A stretch of DNA of 64,000 nucleotides. Origin: a virus. Below, piece by piece: positions 10,868 to 23,004 of this stretch. Where the stretch lies: IMG/VR virus record IMGVR_UViG_3300047157_000162, positions 32,001 to 96,000 of that record; one strand, written 5' to 3'. The notes under the pieces were generated by a model. The model worked only from the letters and a program-made list of their open reading frames with translations. It did not search any database and was not told where the DNA came from. Numbering within the stretch: position 1 is the first letter of the stretch; each line of letters begins with the position of its first letter. The translations under genes and the position numbers were made by a program.

Positions 10868-13800
10868 GGTCCACAGCTGCTACCTGGGCCTTGCGAATAT
10901 ACAGCATCTCCAAATTTTACATGGAAAATTCCTGCATTAGTACTACCATTACAGTTAGCACCTGCCATTTTAGAAGCAATAACCCTGTATTCTCCAACAG
11001 CATCAAATTCCCAATAATCCTCAACAAAAGTAGGTCCGCTATTATCGATTGATATTCTTTTATATCCTATAGGTGATCCAAAAGTATTACCATTTGCTAA
11101 TTGAGCTGTAGCCCAAGAAGAACTACTTGTTGCTCTGTATTGAACTAAATAATCAACATATACATCATCACTTAAAACTGTTTCTCTTTGTAAGTAAGGT
11201 TTTATATACATTTTACCTTGTGTTAAAGCACCTGTTGTTTTAGGGTTAAAAGTAGATCTGTATTTAGCATTATATATTTTATTTGGAGGGTATGCCGTAT
11301 TAAATGGTGTCCCTGCATAAGTACCACTAACTTGCTCATTAGTTCCGTAAGCAAGGAATTGATATTCTATATTTTCATTACACTCAGCGTTCGTGCCTCC
11401 TTGTCTTCCCGCGCATATAGTTTGCGGTACCGGATCTGTACCAACAGTAAATGAAATAGTACACGTATTTGATAAGCCGAAGCCGTTAGCATCTGTAACT
11501 TTAACAATTATGCTATACACATTTTCGTTAACCAAAGTACCTGAGTTTGCCGTTAAAGCACCTGAAGAACTTATACTAAATCCATTTAATATAGCTTGAG
11601 CGTTGCTTGAATCTAGCTCAAAAATTAACTGACTTTCTTCGTTTCCACCTGCAACATTGCTTCCGTTTTCAGCTTCAAAGCTATAAATAGCAGTAGTTCC
11701 TGTAGTTATTCCTGTTAAAGTAAGAGGGCAACTAGCAGGTAAAATGAAAGAAGGTTGAACATTGGTAAGCGTTGCAGTGTATGTTGTATTATCAGTGTAT
11801 TCTTCTCCAGCAGTTGGTTCGTATACTGTTTGAAAAGTTAAATTATAAACATCATTTGAAGGATTACTAGTTGAACTTTCACTGTACCAGAAATATGATC
11901 CAGCGGCTGTTTTTAATTGGTACTCCGCATCTATATTTGAATAGACTAATTGAAATTGATTGGCTATATTGTTATTTTGTCCTACATCACTAGCTCTATA
12001 AGCTGATAATATAGCAGGTGAAGATGTAAACAAAGCATTATTTGTTATATTAACACCAGAACCATCTTTCCATATTATATTACTACCGCCTATTTGACTT
12101 CCAGGAGCAAGACTTTCTGGGAAAGAAGCAAAGTTATTTCCATCAATACCTATAATTCCTGAATATTGACTATTTATTATTTCATTCAAAACACCGACCT
12201 TACCCTGTAGTGAAGTTTCGTAGAATAATTCTAGAACTGACTCAAATGGTTTTGTTTCAGCTATTGATAAAAATGGCTGCATACTTACTATAAGTCCATT
12301 AGCTGTTGTTCTATCTCTGTCTGTTGTGTAAGCACCTATAGGGCCAGGATTAGTTGGTGTTATTCCAGTTTTAGGTGTTTTTCCATTTTGTGTAGTGCTT
12401 ATTTGCACTATAAAGGGGTTAGAATCTGAATCGTATAATGGCTGTAGCTTTGGTGCTTGCCCCCAAGGTATAGAACCAACAAACCTTGTAACTTCTTCAT
12501 TAGGTGTTACTGTAACGTCAGTAAATTGCACAGTAGCTCCGTATTCTCCCTCGGGAGCATCTGCAACAAAAGGAATAGCTGAAATTTCTAAATCTCTAAC
12601 TGTTGATATAGTAGTTACTCTTTGACTTAATAAATCTGGGTAATACTGTTTATTCCAAGGTGTAAATTTTTGAGGATATCCATAAGGTCTATTACCAGCT
12701 GTTGCATTTGTATTTATAGCTGGATTATTTACTCTTATAAAAAGAGTTTCACTACTACTATATTCTCTATCATTAGGCCCTACTTCGTTTAAATCTCTAG
12801 GTACTTTATTTATATTGTCACTAAGTAATACAGAGAAAGATGTTTTATCTTTTTCTGTTGAATTTAGTATAGGATAACCGTTTACAAAACCAGGCAGATA
12901 TACATTGTAGTATTCTTGCTCTTGTTGTTTAACAACTATTTTGTATGAATACCAACCTAAAGGATTATAAGCACTAGATGTAGGGTCACCATTGTATACC
13001 CCGGGCTGACCTCCTGTGTTTTCAGTACCTATAGCAGAATCTATCCTAACGCTTAAAGCATCACCTAGCCAATCTATAACCTTAGAGTTGTTTTCTTGTT
13101 GAGCATACGTTTTGTATGGTGCATATACGGTTGATCCACCTTCTTCATTTTCATTGTAGTCATGTGAAGATAATACAACATTTGATTGCCTACCGTATCT
13201 ATCAACCAATATAAAACCTACTTGATAAGTTCTGTTTTGTTTTAAAGTGTGAGCTGGATATTCTACTGTATTAGTACTATAAGCATCTCTATCTTTTACT
13301 ATAGCAGCATAAGGTATATTAGGTGGACTTGAATGTTTATCTATGTAATTACCATAAACAACCCTATTTCCTATAATTTCTTGTGACAATGCTTTCACAG
13401 GTACTTTGTCATATACCCTAGTAATGTCGTCGCCGGGAAGTGTTTTATATGGCTTACTAGAAGCATAGTTGTAAGGGTAGTAATAAGTGTCATTATCCCC
13501 GTGAACAGGATCATACCACTCTATATATTCTAAAGCGGTTGACTTGTTAGGCAGGTTTATTATATCTACAGTATTTAAAACCTTTACAGCTAGAGCATCA
13601 GACTCTTTATAAAGTATATCTATATCTTTTATTAAAAGATTATCTATGTTTTGTTGTAGCGTATTATAAGGAAGAGGTATTTTTAATAGTATATTTTGAA
13701 CATTGTTTTCAAACCATGCAATTATAGTTGATTTGTAAGCATCATCCATGTCCTCGGTTAAAGATTTTCCTCCTCCACCAAAGTTACTAAATTGTTTAGG

Positions 13801-15042
13801 TATAAATATAGGTTGTGTAAAAGGAGCCATTAAAGAATGTTCATTATCTTCAAACTTAAACCTGTAACTAAATCTAACAAATTTATCTTCTAAGAATTTA
13901 GAATTAGAGTCTTGTTGAGACCACAAAGGATCGTAGTCTTTATTAACACCTAGCTTAATAAAAGCAGATGCGGGTATCGGTAAATTTATAGGCGCATTAG
14001 ATAACGTAATTTGCCAATCCAGAGTGTCTCCCCCGAAACCTGTCGCTGTGGTTGCGCTTGTTATAGAGGTATTATTTGGTAGATAATTAACTGCGCCAGC
14101 TACATCAGTTATCACGACTAAATCACCTAATTTAGGTATAACAGATGCTTCTCCGTTTAAAGCCGGTAAAGTTACTTGATAAATAGTAGCAACACCGGTG
14201 CCTGATGTAGTAAAAGATTGTATCTTAATACCGTTAGAATTATATTCGTTTGTTTTGTTAGTAGCTGTTGACCTTGTTATAGATAATTTTTCACCAAGAC
14301 TAACAGTCACTGACTTTGATAAAGTTATTGTATTAGCTACTCCTCCTGGATTTACCGATACAACGTATACTCTATTGTCCCATCCACTAGGCACTGTTAT
14401 TGTTTCTAATGGAAACACTGCATCACCTGGATTTATACCAGTAGAGTCACTTACACTTACAGTACTAGATGTTACTGCAGATGACGCTGTAACAACAATT
14501 CTATCTATAGTTATAATAGGCTCACAAGGAGCATACTTAGCTACGGATATTTGATCTTCTTTTGTATAATGATTAGTATTTTTAGCTAGCGTTACGTTTA
14601 TTTTACGAGGTTGGTTTAAGTTATCTGTGAAAAATAAAAGATCTTCCACTAAGTTAACTCCAATTACTGGAAACGACTGATTAAAATTTAAAAAAGCACC
14701 ACTTACTAGTGTTTCTTTGTTATAATTACCAGATAAAGATAACTCGTATATATAATTATTTGAAGAACTGTTGTATGTTCCACTTGCATCATTGTGATCA
14801 GTTGCAAAAATAAACACCCTATTGTTAGATTCGTCTACATAAAAACCTATTATAATAGCTGAATTTTCTGTTTGTGATATTGATTTATTACCTAAAATAT
14901 TTTCAAATTCACCAACGGTAGAACCCTCTGATCTGCTTAAGCAAAGGTTAATAGCTTCTCTATATTCACCGTTAGGTAATATACGAGAGTCAAGATCTTG
15001 ATTCATCTTGCCTTTAAGAAATGTATTTTTAATTTCAGCCAT
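10864..15042 (-). CDS. Tail stabilisation protein (large tail component)
   Basis: N-terminus KMNQDLDSRILPNGEYREAIN and FSYRFKFEDNEHS, QEIIGNRVVYGNY motifs typical of Bacteroidetes podovirus tail proteins. Confidence 0.7.
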   Translation of the reverse strand: MAEIKNTFLKGKMNQDLDSRILPNGEYREAINLCLSRSEGSTVGEFENILGNKSISQTENSAIIIGFYVDESNNRVFIFATDHNDASGTYNSSSNNYIYELSLSGNYNKETLVSGAFLNFNQSFPVIGVNLVEDLLFFTDNLNQPRKINVTLAKNTNHYTKEDQISVAKYAPCEPIITIDRIVVTASSAVTSSTVSVSDSTGINPGDAVFPLETITVPSGWDNRVYVVSVNPGGVANTITLSKSVTVSLGEKLSITRSTATNKTNEYNSNGIKIQSFTTSGTGVATIYQVTLPALNGEASVIPKLGDLVVITDVAGAVNYLPNNTSITSATTATGFGGDTLDWQITLSNAPINLPIPASAFIKLGVNKDYDPLWSQQDSNSKFLEDKFVRFSYRFKFEDNEHSLMAPFTQPIFIPKQFSNFGGGGKSLTEDMDDAYKSTIIAWFENNVQNILLKIPLPYNTLQQNIDNLLIKDIDILYKESDALAVKVLNTVDIINLPNKSTALEYIEWYDPVHGDNDTYYYPYNYASSKPYKTLPGDDITRVYDKVPVKALSQEIIGNRVVYGNYIDKHSSPPNIPYAAIVKDRDAYSTNTVEYPAHTLKQNRTYQVGFILVDRYGRQSNVVLSSHDYNENEEGGSTVYAPYKTYAQQENNSKVIDWLGDALSVRIDSAIGTENTGGQPGVYNGDPTSSAYNPLGWYSYKIVVKQQEQEYYNVYLPGFVNGYPILNSTEKDKTSFSVLLSDNINKVPRDLNEVGPNDREYSSSETLFIRVNNPAINTNATAGNRPYGYPQKFTPWNKQYYPDLLSQRVTTISTVRDLEISAIPFVADAPEGEYGATVQFTDVTVTPNEEVTRFVGSIPWGQAPKLQPLYDSDSNPFIVQISTTQNGKTPKTGITPTNPGPIGAYTTDRDRTTANGLIVSMQPFLSIAETKPFESVLELFYETSLQGKVGVLNEIINSQYSGIIGIDGNNFASFPESLAPGSQIGGSNIIWKDGSGVNITNNALFTSSPAILSAYRASDVGQNNNIANQFQLVYSNIDAEYQLKTAAGSYFWYSESSTSNPSNDVYNLTFQTVYEPTAGEEYTDNTTYTATLTNVQPSFILPASCPLTLTGITTGTTAIYSFEAENGSNVAGGNEESQLIFELDSSNAQAILNGFSISSSGALTANSGTLVNENVYSIIVKVTDANGFGLSNTCTISFTVGTDPVPQTICAGRQGGTNAECNENIEYQFLAYGTNEQVSGTYAGTPFNTAYPPNKIYNAKYRSTFNPKTTGALTQGKMYIKPYLQRETVLSDDVYVDYLVQYRATSSSSWATAQLANGNTFGSPIGYKRISIDNSGPTFVEDYWEFDAVGEYRVIASKMAGANCNGSTNAGIFHVKFGDAVYSQGPGSSCGP

Positions 15043-15048
15043 TTAATT

Positions 15049-16251
15049 CTAGTGTTTTATCCATTTAGATTTACCTCTCATTACTTGAACTATTTCATCA
15101 AGTTTTATATTTGATAATCTTAATTTAGCATTTCTTAATTTAGCGCTTCTCTCTTGCTTTAATCTTCTAACTATATATTCAGGTTGGTTTATTCTAGAAG
15201 CTACGATAGCGTGGCTTATATGAGCATATAGAGCCTCTTCTGCTAACTTAGGAACTTGAGTGTCCATATCGTAAGCTAATCCGTCAGATATATACTCTAA
15301 AACTATAAGTGCACCAGCTAAATTACTCGAGAAAGACATCTTGCCTTCTCTGTGGTTTATAGTAAACCATCCGTTTACTTGAGCATACTGAGGATCTAAT
15401 CCGTAGTTTTGACCTAAAAGCTGTTCATCCCATCCCCAATTGTCATATCCTTCGTTATATAAATCTTCTACATTATCTTGATTTATCAAAGTATCATCTG
15501 CTGTTCGCCATCTTTCTTCTGTTATCGATGTTCCCTCAACGTTGTTACCAAAGTTATCTTGTGTTGGTACACCTTTAGAGTCTTGTATTGGGTTTTCAAA
15601 TGGGTTTGTAGTTAAATTGTTTGCAGGATATATAGGTCTTTTAACACCTAATTGATCTATCCAAGATACAGCTGTGTAGTTTACATAATCTTGCGGTATC
15701 ACAACACTTAATTCAGGGGGTATATTTAATTCTTGTGACTTTATACTTTTTAATGTATCATAGCTAAATTCCTGCATTCCACGTTTAGCGTGAAATATTA
15801 TATCAGTTCTTTTACAACTAGGTATTAATTTACCTGTTCCAACATAAGCTATTTGAAAGTTATTTATTACATCTTCTAAAGATATGTAACTGTAACTACC
15901 GTAATTTTCTTCAACAGTATTACCATAAGCATCTCTGTTTCCGTATTCACCACCGCTTAATATTTTTAATTGAACAACAATACTTGTATTAGCTGCTAAA
16001 TTACCTGTAAATGTTATTGTATTACCTGATACAGTATAAGCTGAAGTGTATTCTGTATATGTTAAAACACCGGCGTTTGCGGTGTATAACTTAAAATTAT
16101 TTAAAGCGTAGTTTTGCTGAAGAGGATCATAACTACCAAATACTAGTTCAGTATCAAATGTAGTTGTGAAGGCTTGCCCAGCACCAGCTGCAGATAAGAA
16201 CTTTTGTACACCTGCGTAATATTGCTGATTATTTTCTGTAATTAAGCCCAT
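15049..16251 (-). CDS. Tail tubular/adaptor structural protein
   Basis: 400-aa ORF; IPQDYVNYTAVSW and VLEYISDG motifs; position after capsid. Confidence 0.6.
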   Translation of the reverse strand: MGLITENNQQYYAGVQKFLSAAGAGQAFTTTFDTELVFGSYDPLQQNYALNNFKLYTANAGVLTYTEYTSAYTVSGNTITFTGNLAANTSIVVQLKILSGGEYGNRDAYGNTVEENYGSYSYISLEDVINNFQIAYVGTGKLIPSCKRTDIIFHAKRGMQEFSYDTLKSIKSQELNIPPELSVVIPQDYVNYTAVSWIDQLGVKRPIYPANNLTTNPFENPIQDSKGVPTQDNFGNNVEGTSITEERWRTADDTLINQDNVEDLYNEGYDNWGWDEQLLGQNYGLDPQYAQVNGWFTINHREGKMSFSSNLAGALIVLEYISDGLAYDMDTQVPKLAEEALYAHISHAIVASRINQPEYIVRRLKQERSAKLRNAKLRLSNIKLDEIVQVMRGKSKWIKH

Positions 16252-16257
16252 GTATTA

Positions 16258-16953
16258 TTAAGATTTTTCGTTTATGTCTTCTTGTTGTATTTTTTGAGCT
16301 GCTACTTGTATTATAGTAGGATCTTGTATTATAACACCTGAGTATAATAATATACCTGTAACAACATCAACTTGCTCAGATGGATGTAGTTCAAAGTTTA
16401 CTGAAGAACTAGCGTCATAGATATATTGCCCTAAGCTACCAACTGAATATCCCCAATTTATCATTGAAGGTTGTTTCAAGTAAGATACTTGAATATTAGA
16501 TGTTATGCTTGTTGGATATACACTTATTTTAGTGTCTTCGTATAAAAATACAGGTTGTTTTTTAGTTGGTGCAAGTAATGGTGCTTTCTTTATTTTGTAC
16601 CATTTGTTTCTTTCTACCATTTGAGCTTCAATAGTATCGTCGTAGATAACAGTACCTAGCCTATAAAAGTTTGGCAATGAAGCAGTTGTGAAGTGATCTA
16701 CTGAAAAAGTAGGTGTAGCTATTGTTTTAAATATATCTAGTTTTTCTTCTAGGTTTTTAACTCTGTTAGCATACTCGTTGTCATTTTCAGGTATACGTAA
16801 CTGTTGATTCAGATCACTCATATATTTTTCAAATATACCTTGCTGAACTTGATTACCTACTTTATTAAACTCGTCTGGAGTTATATAACCTCTTTGCTGT
16901 TGGTTAAGTATTAATAAGACAGTTTTATAAACTAAATCTACATTTATAGCCAT
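16258..16953 (-). CDS. Tail tubular protein A / head-tail adaptor-like
   Basis: 231 aa; ILNQQQRGYITPDEFN N-terminus, YLKQP motif; synteny. Confidence 0.6.
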   Translation of the reverse strand: MAINVDLVYKTVLLILNQQQRGYITPDEFNKVGNQVQQGIFEKYMSDLNQQLRIPENDNEYANRVKNLEEKLDIFKTIATPTFSVDHFTTASLPNFYRLGTVIYDDTIEAQMVERNKWYKIKKAPLLAPTKKQPVFLYEDTKISVYPTSITSNIQVSYLKQPSMINWGYSVGSLGQYIYDASSSVNFELHPSEQVDVVTGILLYSGVIIQDPTIIQVAAQKIQQEDINEKS

Positions 16954-17009
16954 TATTTATTTTTTTATTATAATACCAGCCAGCCACGTTAAGTGACCAG
17001 CTAATATTA

Positions 17010-17036
17010 ATATTACATGTTATTCTAAGTTTTTCT
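17010..17036 (-). promoter_or_regulatory. Class II promoter motif (variant upstream box)
   Basis: AGAAAAA-N8-AACATGTAATAT upstream of ATG 16953. Confidence 0.45.
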
Positions 17037-17863
17037 CTACTGACCTATAAACTTCTACGCCTTCATCGGTTTTAAAGTAAGCTGCCATTGCAGAGTATGG
17101 GATTTTCATCAAAAGGTACAGTCATTAACTTTCTACCGTTTGATCCCCAAGTAAATGTTCTTTGATCTTGTGACAATTTAATAATACCCATTTCGGAAGC
17201 TTTTATAGCTATGTTTCTTAATTGTACATTATCGTCATTTGCTAATTCCATAAACAAATCTGGTTGTCTTTTAGCAAACAATAATAGATCTCTCTTTAGT
17301 TCTTTAGTTGTCATGGTTGAAACTTTAGACCCTAACTCAACGCGAAGTATTGCTTCAGCATCATCAACATCCATAGTTCTTGCAGCCATCATTGCATCTA
17401 TTTGAACTTCTAAATCTTCTAATTCATCTTCGGCTATAGCTACTGGATTATGCTCGTAGTATTTATTACCTAATAATGGATGATATAAAGATAGTAATTT
17501 TTGTAAGTTTTGTTGTTCCTTTTTAACATAAAGAGCACCATCTTTAAACATTATATGCCCTAATGTTGCTTGACCGTTTTGTTCATCTATAAAAGGAGAG
17601 TTTTGATTGGTTGCATACCTAATCTCTCTTTGAATACCTTTTTCTTTATCAAAATATAACAAAGGATGTCTTGATGTATGTTTTGATGAAATTGTAAGAG
17701 TTAGAGGCGCTTGACCTATAACTATATACATTCTATCTTTTATTTCCCAACTTGGTTTTGCTGGTTCTTGTTTTTTTGGAGCAGTCATTACTTCTTGCTC
17801 TTGTACTATTTCTTTATTTGCTACAGGCTTTTTAGCTGTAGGCTTTTTTGCATTTGCTGCCAT
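17020..17863 (-). CDS. Conserved virion-associated protein downstream of capsid (frameshift near 17095)
   Basis: 263-aa ORF continues in shifted frame as YSAMAAYFKTDEG...KNLE* to stop at 17020. Confidence 0.6.
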
Positions 17864-17899
17864 AATATAATATAATAAAATTTTTAATAAGAGTAATAA

Positions 17900-17926
17900 T
17901 TACCCCTGTCAGTTCAACAAGGGTAA
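17900..17926 (-). terminator. Stem-loop after major capsid gene
   Basis: Near-perfect inverted repeat TTACCCCTGT...ACAAGGGTAA just downstream of the capsid stop. Confidence 0.45.
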
Positions 17927-17949
17927 CTACTACATTAATTTAATCGGTA

Positions 17950-19421
17950 CTAGTCTGTGAATAACACAAAGTTGTTAGCCGCTTGAGTCACTAAACATCT
18001 TTCAGATAAGAAGTGAACCTCCATAGCATCTAAATCAGAAGTAGCAGCGCCACCTACAGATCCAGTGATCCAGTTTTTCATTCTTCTATCATCAGCTTGA
18101 GAAGCTCTATATCTTACGTGTAAGAAAGGTCTTCTGATGTTAGTTCCTAATATTTGATCGTAAACTGTAGAAGTTCCAGCAGGTACTAATACTCCTTCGA
18201 TTCCAGCATCAGCAACACCTCCACGAGTAGAAGCATCGTTTAAGTATTTCCAGTCAGTTTTGTAGAAGTCATAAGAACCTCTTCTGAATCCAGAGAAACC
18301 TAAGTTCAATGCCATTTCTTCAGAATTTTCGAATACACCAAAAGAACTACCACCGTTGTAAGCAGCTGTTCCAGCTTGTTGTCCAACTCCAGCTAACATA
18401 TCATCAAAGTCTAGAGAAGTTTCTCTATTTAAGAATAACATGTTTTCTTCGATAGCTCCTTGAGTATCTAAGTTTTTAAGAATTGAATCAAACTGAGCTA
18501 AACCAGTTGCTGCAGTAAAGTCTACTAATACATTTCCACGGCTTTTAACAGCAGCGAAAAGACCTTCAGTACCTTTAGCGGTTGTAGTTGAACTTCCAGA
18601 TTTTAATTCACCTTCTACCATAGACATTTCTAAGTAGTCTTCAAAACGTAATCTTGTTTCAGATTCAGCTTTTAAGTACCATAAGAAACCTCCTTGACCA
18701 GACTCAGTAGCTACTTCAACCCATCCAATCTGAGCAGTGTCAGATCCGTTGATTGCATACTTGTCTTTAATGATAATAGGAGAGTTAGAATATTGAGTGA
18801 AAGAAGGTGTTACAGAAATTCTGTTAGCATCTCCAGTTCCTTTTCCGTACTCAGATCCATATACAAAGATTTTAAGATTTGGTGCACCAGTTACTAAATC
18901 AACATCAGTTCCACGTTTTGATCTACTGCTTCTTGAGTATAAGGTGCTACAGTTAATTCACCAGCTGCTAAAGAGCTACCAGGAGTTGCTCCAGAAGCAA
19001 CAACGTAACAGTTTAATTCTGCCCCATTTGCTGGATTCATCACTACAATTGTAGAACCAGGAGATACAACATTTTGAATAAGAGTTGCTCCAGATCCTCC
19101 AACAGGAATAGTTAAAGTAGAAACTTTAGATGGAGTTGTACCTGTTACAGCGGCTGTTACATTCTCGTAAGAGATGTGTAATCTATTTTGCTCAGACCAT
19201 ACTACTTGATCAGAAGTCATTGGCATTTCAGCTCCTACCATTCTTAAGAAACCACCTAAGGTTCTGTTTCCATAACGCTCTACTTCAGCTTCATAGATTT
19301 CTGGTAAGTACTGTTGTGCGAAATCATTCGTACCATCAGTAAAGTTTAAATAATTGCCTTCTAAGGCTTGCTTTTTTTGCGTTGGGATTAAGCTTCCAAA
19401 CGCTGGGCTTACATTTGCCAT
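17950..19421 (-). CDS. Major capsid protein (one frameshift near 18913)
   Basis: MANVSPAFG...QQYLPEIYEAEVERYGNRT and ...FRRGSYDFYKTDWKYLND...HFLSERCL join with one added G (NGGTDVDLVTGAPNLKIFVYGSEYGKG); follows scaffold. Confidence 0.8.
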
Positions 19422-19436
19422 AATTTTTTAATTTTT

Positions 19437-20564
19437 TTAGTTAAATTTTTTTGTTTTAATTCTAAGTTTAGAAGAATCATAACCGCTTATTGACTTAACT
19501 TTTATTCCGTTCACAAACTCACTAGAGCTAGTTTGCCTTGGCTCTGTACTTGGATTTTTAGAATTGCTAACTATTTCTTTAGTAGCATCTGTTCTTCCTT
19601 GTTCATAAAAATGATTAATAATCTTGTCAGCATTTGAAGCGATATAAATAGCTTTGTGATAACCTTTCGTGTCTTTTATATTACCGCTTTCGTCAAGAAA
19701 CTTTCCTACGAAATTGTTAATGCTTGATTGGTTCTCTGCAACTTTATTAGGATCTTGTAAACCATATCTAAACTTCTTTTTACCTACATTGAAGTCAAAA
19801 CCTTTGAATTCATTAGTAAAGTAATCATTTGTTTTTGATTTAAAGTCCGAATGCTGTTGCTCAGCTATCTTCTGATCTTCTTGATATCGGTTGAAAAACT
19901 CTGTTGCTTTTTGTTGTTCCTGAGTAACGCCGGGTCTCAACTTGATTTCGTCGTAATATTTACTCTTGGTTTTTTCCAAAAAGCTTTTAGCTTTTCCAAC
20001 TTCTTCTTTAAACGCAATTTTCTTTTTGCGTATATCTCTTTCCTCATCTATGTCTTCATCATAATCGTAGTCTTCTAATAGTAGGCTAACGTCATCTGAT
20101 TCTAAATAAGGTTTTGTTTGTTTGTAATATTCTTTTAATAGTGTTTTATCATCAACACTTGAGTAGTCTGCGTTTAATCTAACGTAGTCTTCCACTGATC
20201 CACCTGTCTCTTCCATAAAAGTAACAAGCTTATCTATGTTTTCCGGTAGCACTCTTTGTTCAGCTACTGGCTGAGGTTGTTGTTCAATAACTTTTTCAGG
20301 CTCTTGAGTAGGCTCTTCATCTACAATTTCTATAATACCATCTTGTGCCGTATTCTCTGGTGTATCGTTAACAACCACTACAGGTTCCTCTGTTACATCT
20401 TCTTTTACCTCTGGTATTACTACCTTAGCAACTTCTTCAGCTACTGGTTCTTTTACTTCATCTATGTTAACCTTTATAGGTTCATTAGATTGATTGCCTA
20501 ATTTTTTAGGACTTGTTTTCTTGGATTTAATTTTAAAATCCCCTTCTTGTTTTACTTCTGACAT
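19437..20564 (-). CDS. Capsid scaffolding protein
   Basis: Acidic low-complexity N-half, coiled coil, HFYEQG motif; between portal and capsid. Confidence 0.65.
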   Translation of the reverse strand: MSEVKQEGDFKIKSKKTSPKKLGNQSNEPIKVNIDEVKEPVAEEVAKVVIPEVKEDVTEEPVVVVNDTPENTAQDGIIEIVDEEPTQEPEKVIEQQPQPVAEQRVLPENIDKLVTFMEETGGSVEDYVRLNADYSSVDDKTLLKEYYKQTKPYLESDDVSLLLEDYDYDEDIDEERDIRKKKIAFKEEVGKAKSFLEKTKSKYYDEIKLRPGVTQEQQKATEFFNRYQEDQKIAEQQHSDFKSKTNDYFTNEFKGFDFNVGKKKFRYGLQDPNKVAENQSSINNFVGKFLDESGNIKDTKGYHKAIYIASNADKIINHFYEQGRTDATKEIVSNSKNPSTEPRQTSSSEFVNGIKVKSISGYDSSKLRIKTKKFN

Positions 20565-20594
20565 AATATAATATAATTAAATAATTGTTTAGTA

Positions 20595-23004
20595 TCACCT
20601 AGGCTCGAACTGTTCTAGTCCAAAACCACCTAGATTATCATTACCAGCGGATTCAAAATCCGTAGGTAGCAAATCATTTTGTCTTTGATTTATTAACTCT
20701 GATTGTTGTGTTCCTTGTATTCTAACTCTTTTATCTTTTCTATCTTCTGTAGCAGCTTCTTTCTGCTTTTGAACATCAGCTTGAGCTTTAGCTAATTGAA
20801 GCTGGTAGTTAAACTCTTCAGCCATTAACTCTCTTTTTATTTGAGCTTCAGTTTGCATTCTTTGTATTTCAAACTGCGACTTAGCTTGCTCTATGCTTAC
20901 CTTCTCTTGAGTGAGTGCTTGTTGTTTTTGTACTTCAGCCATAGCGGCTTTTTCCGCAGACTCTGCATTTGCTTGTGCTTGTGCTTGAATATTAGCTTGT
21001 TGCTGTTCTTGTTCTCTTTTTATTTTTTGACTTTTGTCTCATCTTTAAGAACTGATTAGCTAGCTTTATGTTCTTAATATCTCTAATATCTATAGCGTCA
21101 GATAAAGCAATTGCTTGTGTTTGTAAAGCAACTTGTATGTTTTGTTCTAATAAAGCTTTTTCTTCATCCTCTGGTTCTAGTTCTAAGTAAATACCAAAAT
21201 CATGAAGCTGCAAATTAATTAATTCTTCTAGAGTTTTTGTATTAAACGTGCTTATAGCGTTTGTCAAAGCATTTTCAGTTAAAGGGTTTTCAATAACATC
21301 AGCTACTTTTAAACTTATATTTTCACAAGTTCTAACTGTTAAGTATAACAAAGAATCTAATACATGCTTAGTTGCAATATTAGAAGCGTTAGCAGCCATT
21401 TTTTGCAAACCTAGCAATGAATCTTTATTTGGAGCGCTACCATCTCTAGCTTCGTTTAATCCGGTCACGTCCCTTATCATTTGTAAATAGTACTGATATG
21501 TACCTATTAAACTTTGTATTTTTGCTTGACCGCTTGAAGATGATAATTCTTGTACAGGCACTTTACCTCTATTCAATTCACCATCTTGTGTAAGTGATCT
21601 ACCTACAACAGAACCTGTTTGAAAATACATGTTTAATGCTTCAGCTGGATTGTATGTTGTGCCATTACCCAAGTCGACTTCTGCTAAACCATCCATATCT
21701 AAGAATACACCATCTGGTACTATTCTAGACATCACTTGTTGTAATTTAAGGTGCGTTATTTGGATCATATCAGCAAAGCTAGTAATTTTACTAACTATAG
21801 ACTCTATACGTCCCTTATACATTCTAGGTGCTGATATACAGTAATTCATCATTACTTTTGTAGTATCAGCTGTTGGTCTAGTCATATTTTCAGCCAACTT
21901 CCATTCTAGCATCATATTTGTACCTAGTACTTTTGCCCCAGTGTATAAAACTTCTATTGTTCTAGATATTCTTTCAAAGTTATCGTTAACTGGTGGATTA
22001 AATGTGTCAGGCTTTTCTAAAGTTTTTTCTAACCCTTGATCTGTTTTCTTTATTTTAAATACCTGATCTGAGTATGTTTTGTATTCAAAGTATAAAACTT
22101 GAATAGTATTTTCATCGTAATTACCCCAGTTTGTTACATACTGAGAATTACCAGGCATATCCTGTATCTTTTCCAACTCTGATGCCGATAATGATGGAAA
22201 TTGTTTTTTAAGTTCTGCTAAAGATATAGATTTCACCTCACCTACATAATATATATCTTCAAAGTTTGGATCTTCTGTATATGAATAAATCATATTAGCA
22301 GGGTCAACATAGTCAGTAACTATACCCTCTGACTTATTAAATGATGTTTTAACAGCTCCAATACCTATAGTTGTTAAATCGTGTGCTAAACGTTTTTTCG
22401 TCTCATTGTACTTGTTAAATGAAAGAACATTGTTTATAACCTCTTCTTCAGCTATCTCCACGTTCTGCTTGTAAGTCATCTGCATATGTATATCAAGCTC
22501 TTCCTTGCTTTGAGGTAAAGCTTCTAAGTCACCTGTCATAGAAAAGTCCATGCCTAAGTTTTGCTGTATGTTTTGTAGAGCTTCTTTAGTATTCATGTCT
22601 CTCTCAACAGCTGCAGCGTAATCAGTTCTACTTTTAACAGAAAAAGGATCTTGAGCAAATGCACTTATTTCATAAGTTTTATTTGACATTCCATTTACAA
22701 CAATGTCAACAAATTTTGATATAACTGGTATTGGTTTCCAATCTAAATTAAGATAAGATAAATCGCCATTTATAGACAACTCATCTTTGTACTTTTGTAT
22801 TGATTGCTCTCCTCTAGCATATAATCGTAGTGAGTGAAAGCTATTCCAATTATTTAAGTATCTATTACCGTTACCTCTTCCTTGATTGAACCATTCTTGT
22901 TCAATAGCTCTAGAGACTTGCAAGCCGTAATCGTAACTAGCTTTTACTTCGTCGCTAACAACCTGGTTAGGGAAAGAACTATCGGTATTTGTTTGTATTT
23001 TCAT
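20595..23004 (-). CDS. Portal protein (frameshift near 21025)
   Basis: 670-aa ORF directly after terminase; reads into the Q/A-rich coiled-coil tail 20595..20942 after one indel; IRDVTGLNEARDGS motif. Confidence 0.8.
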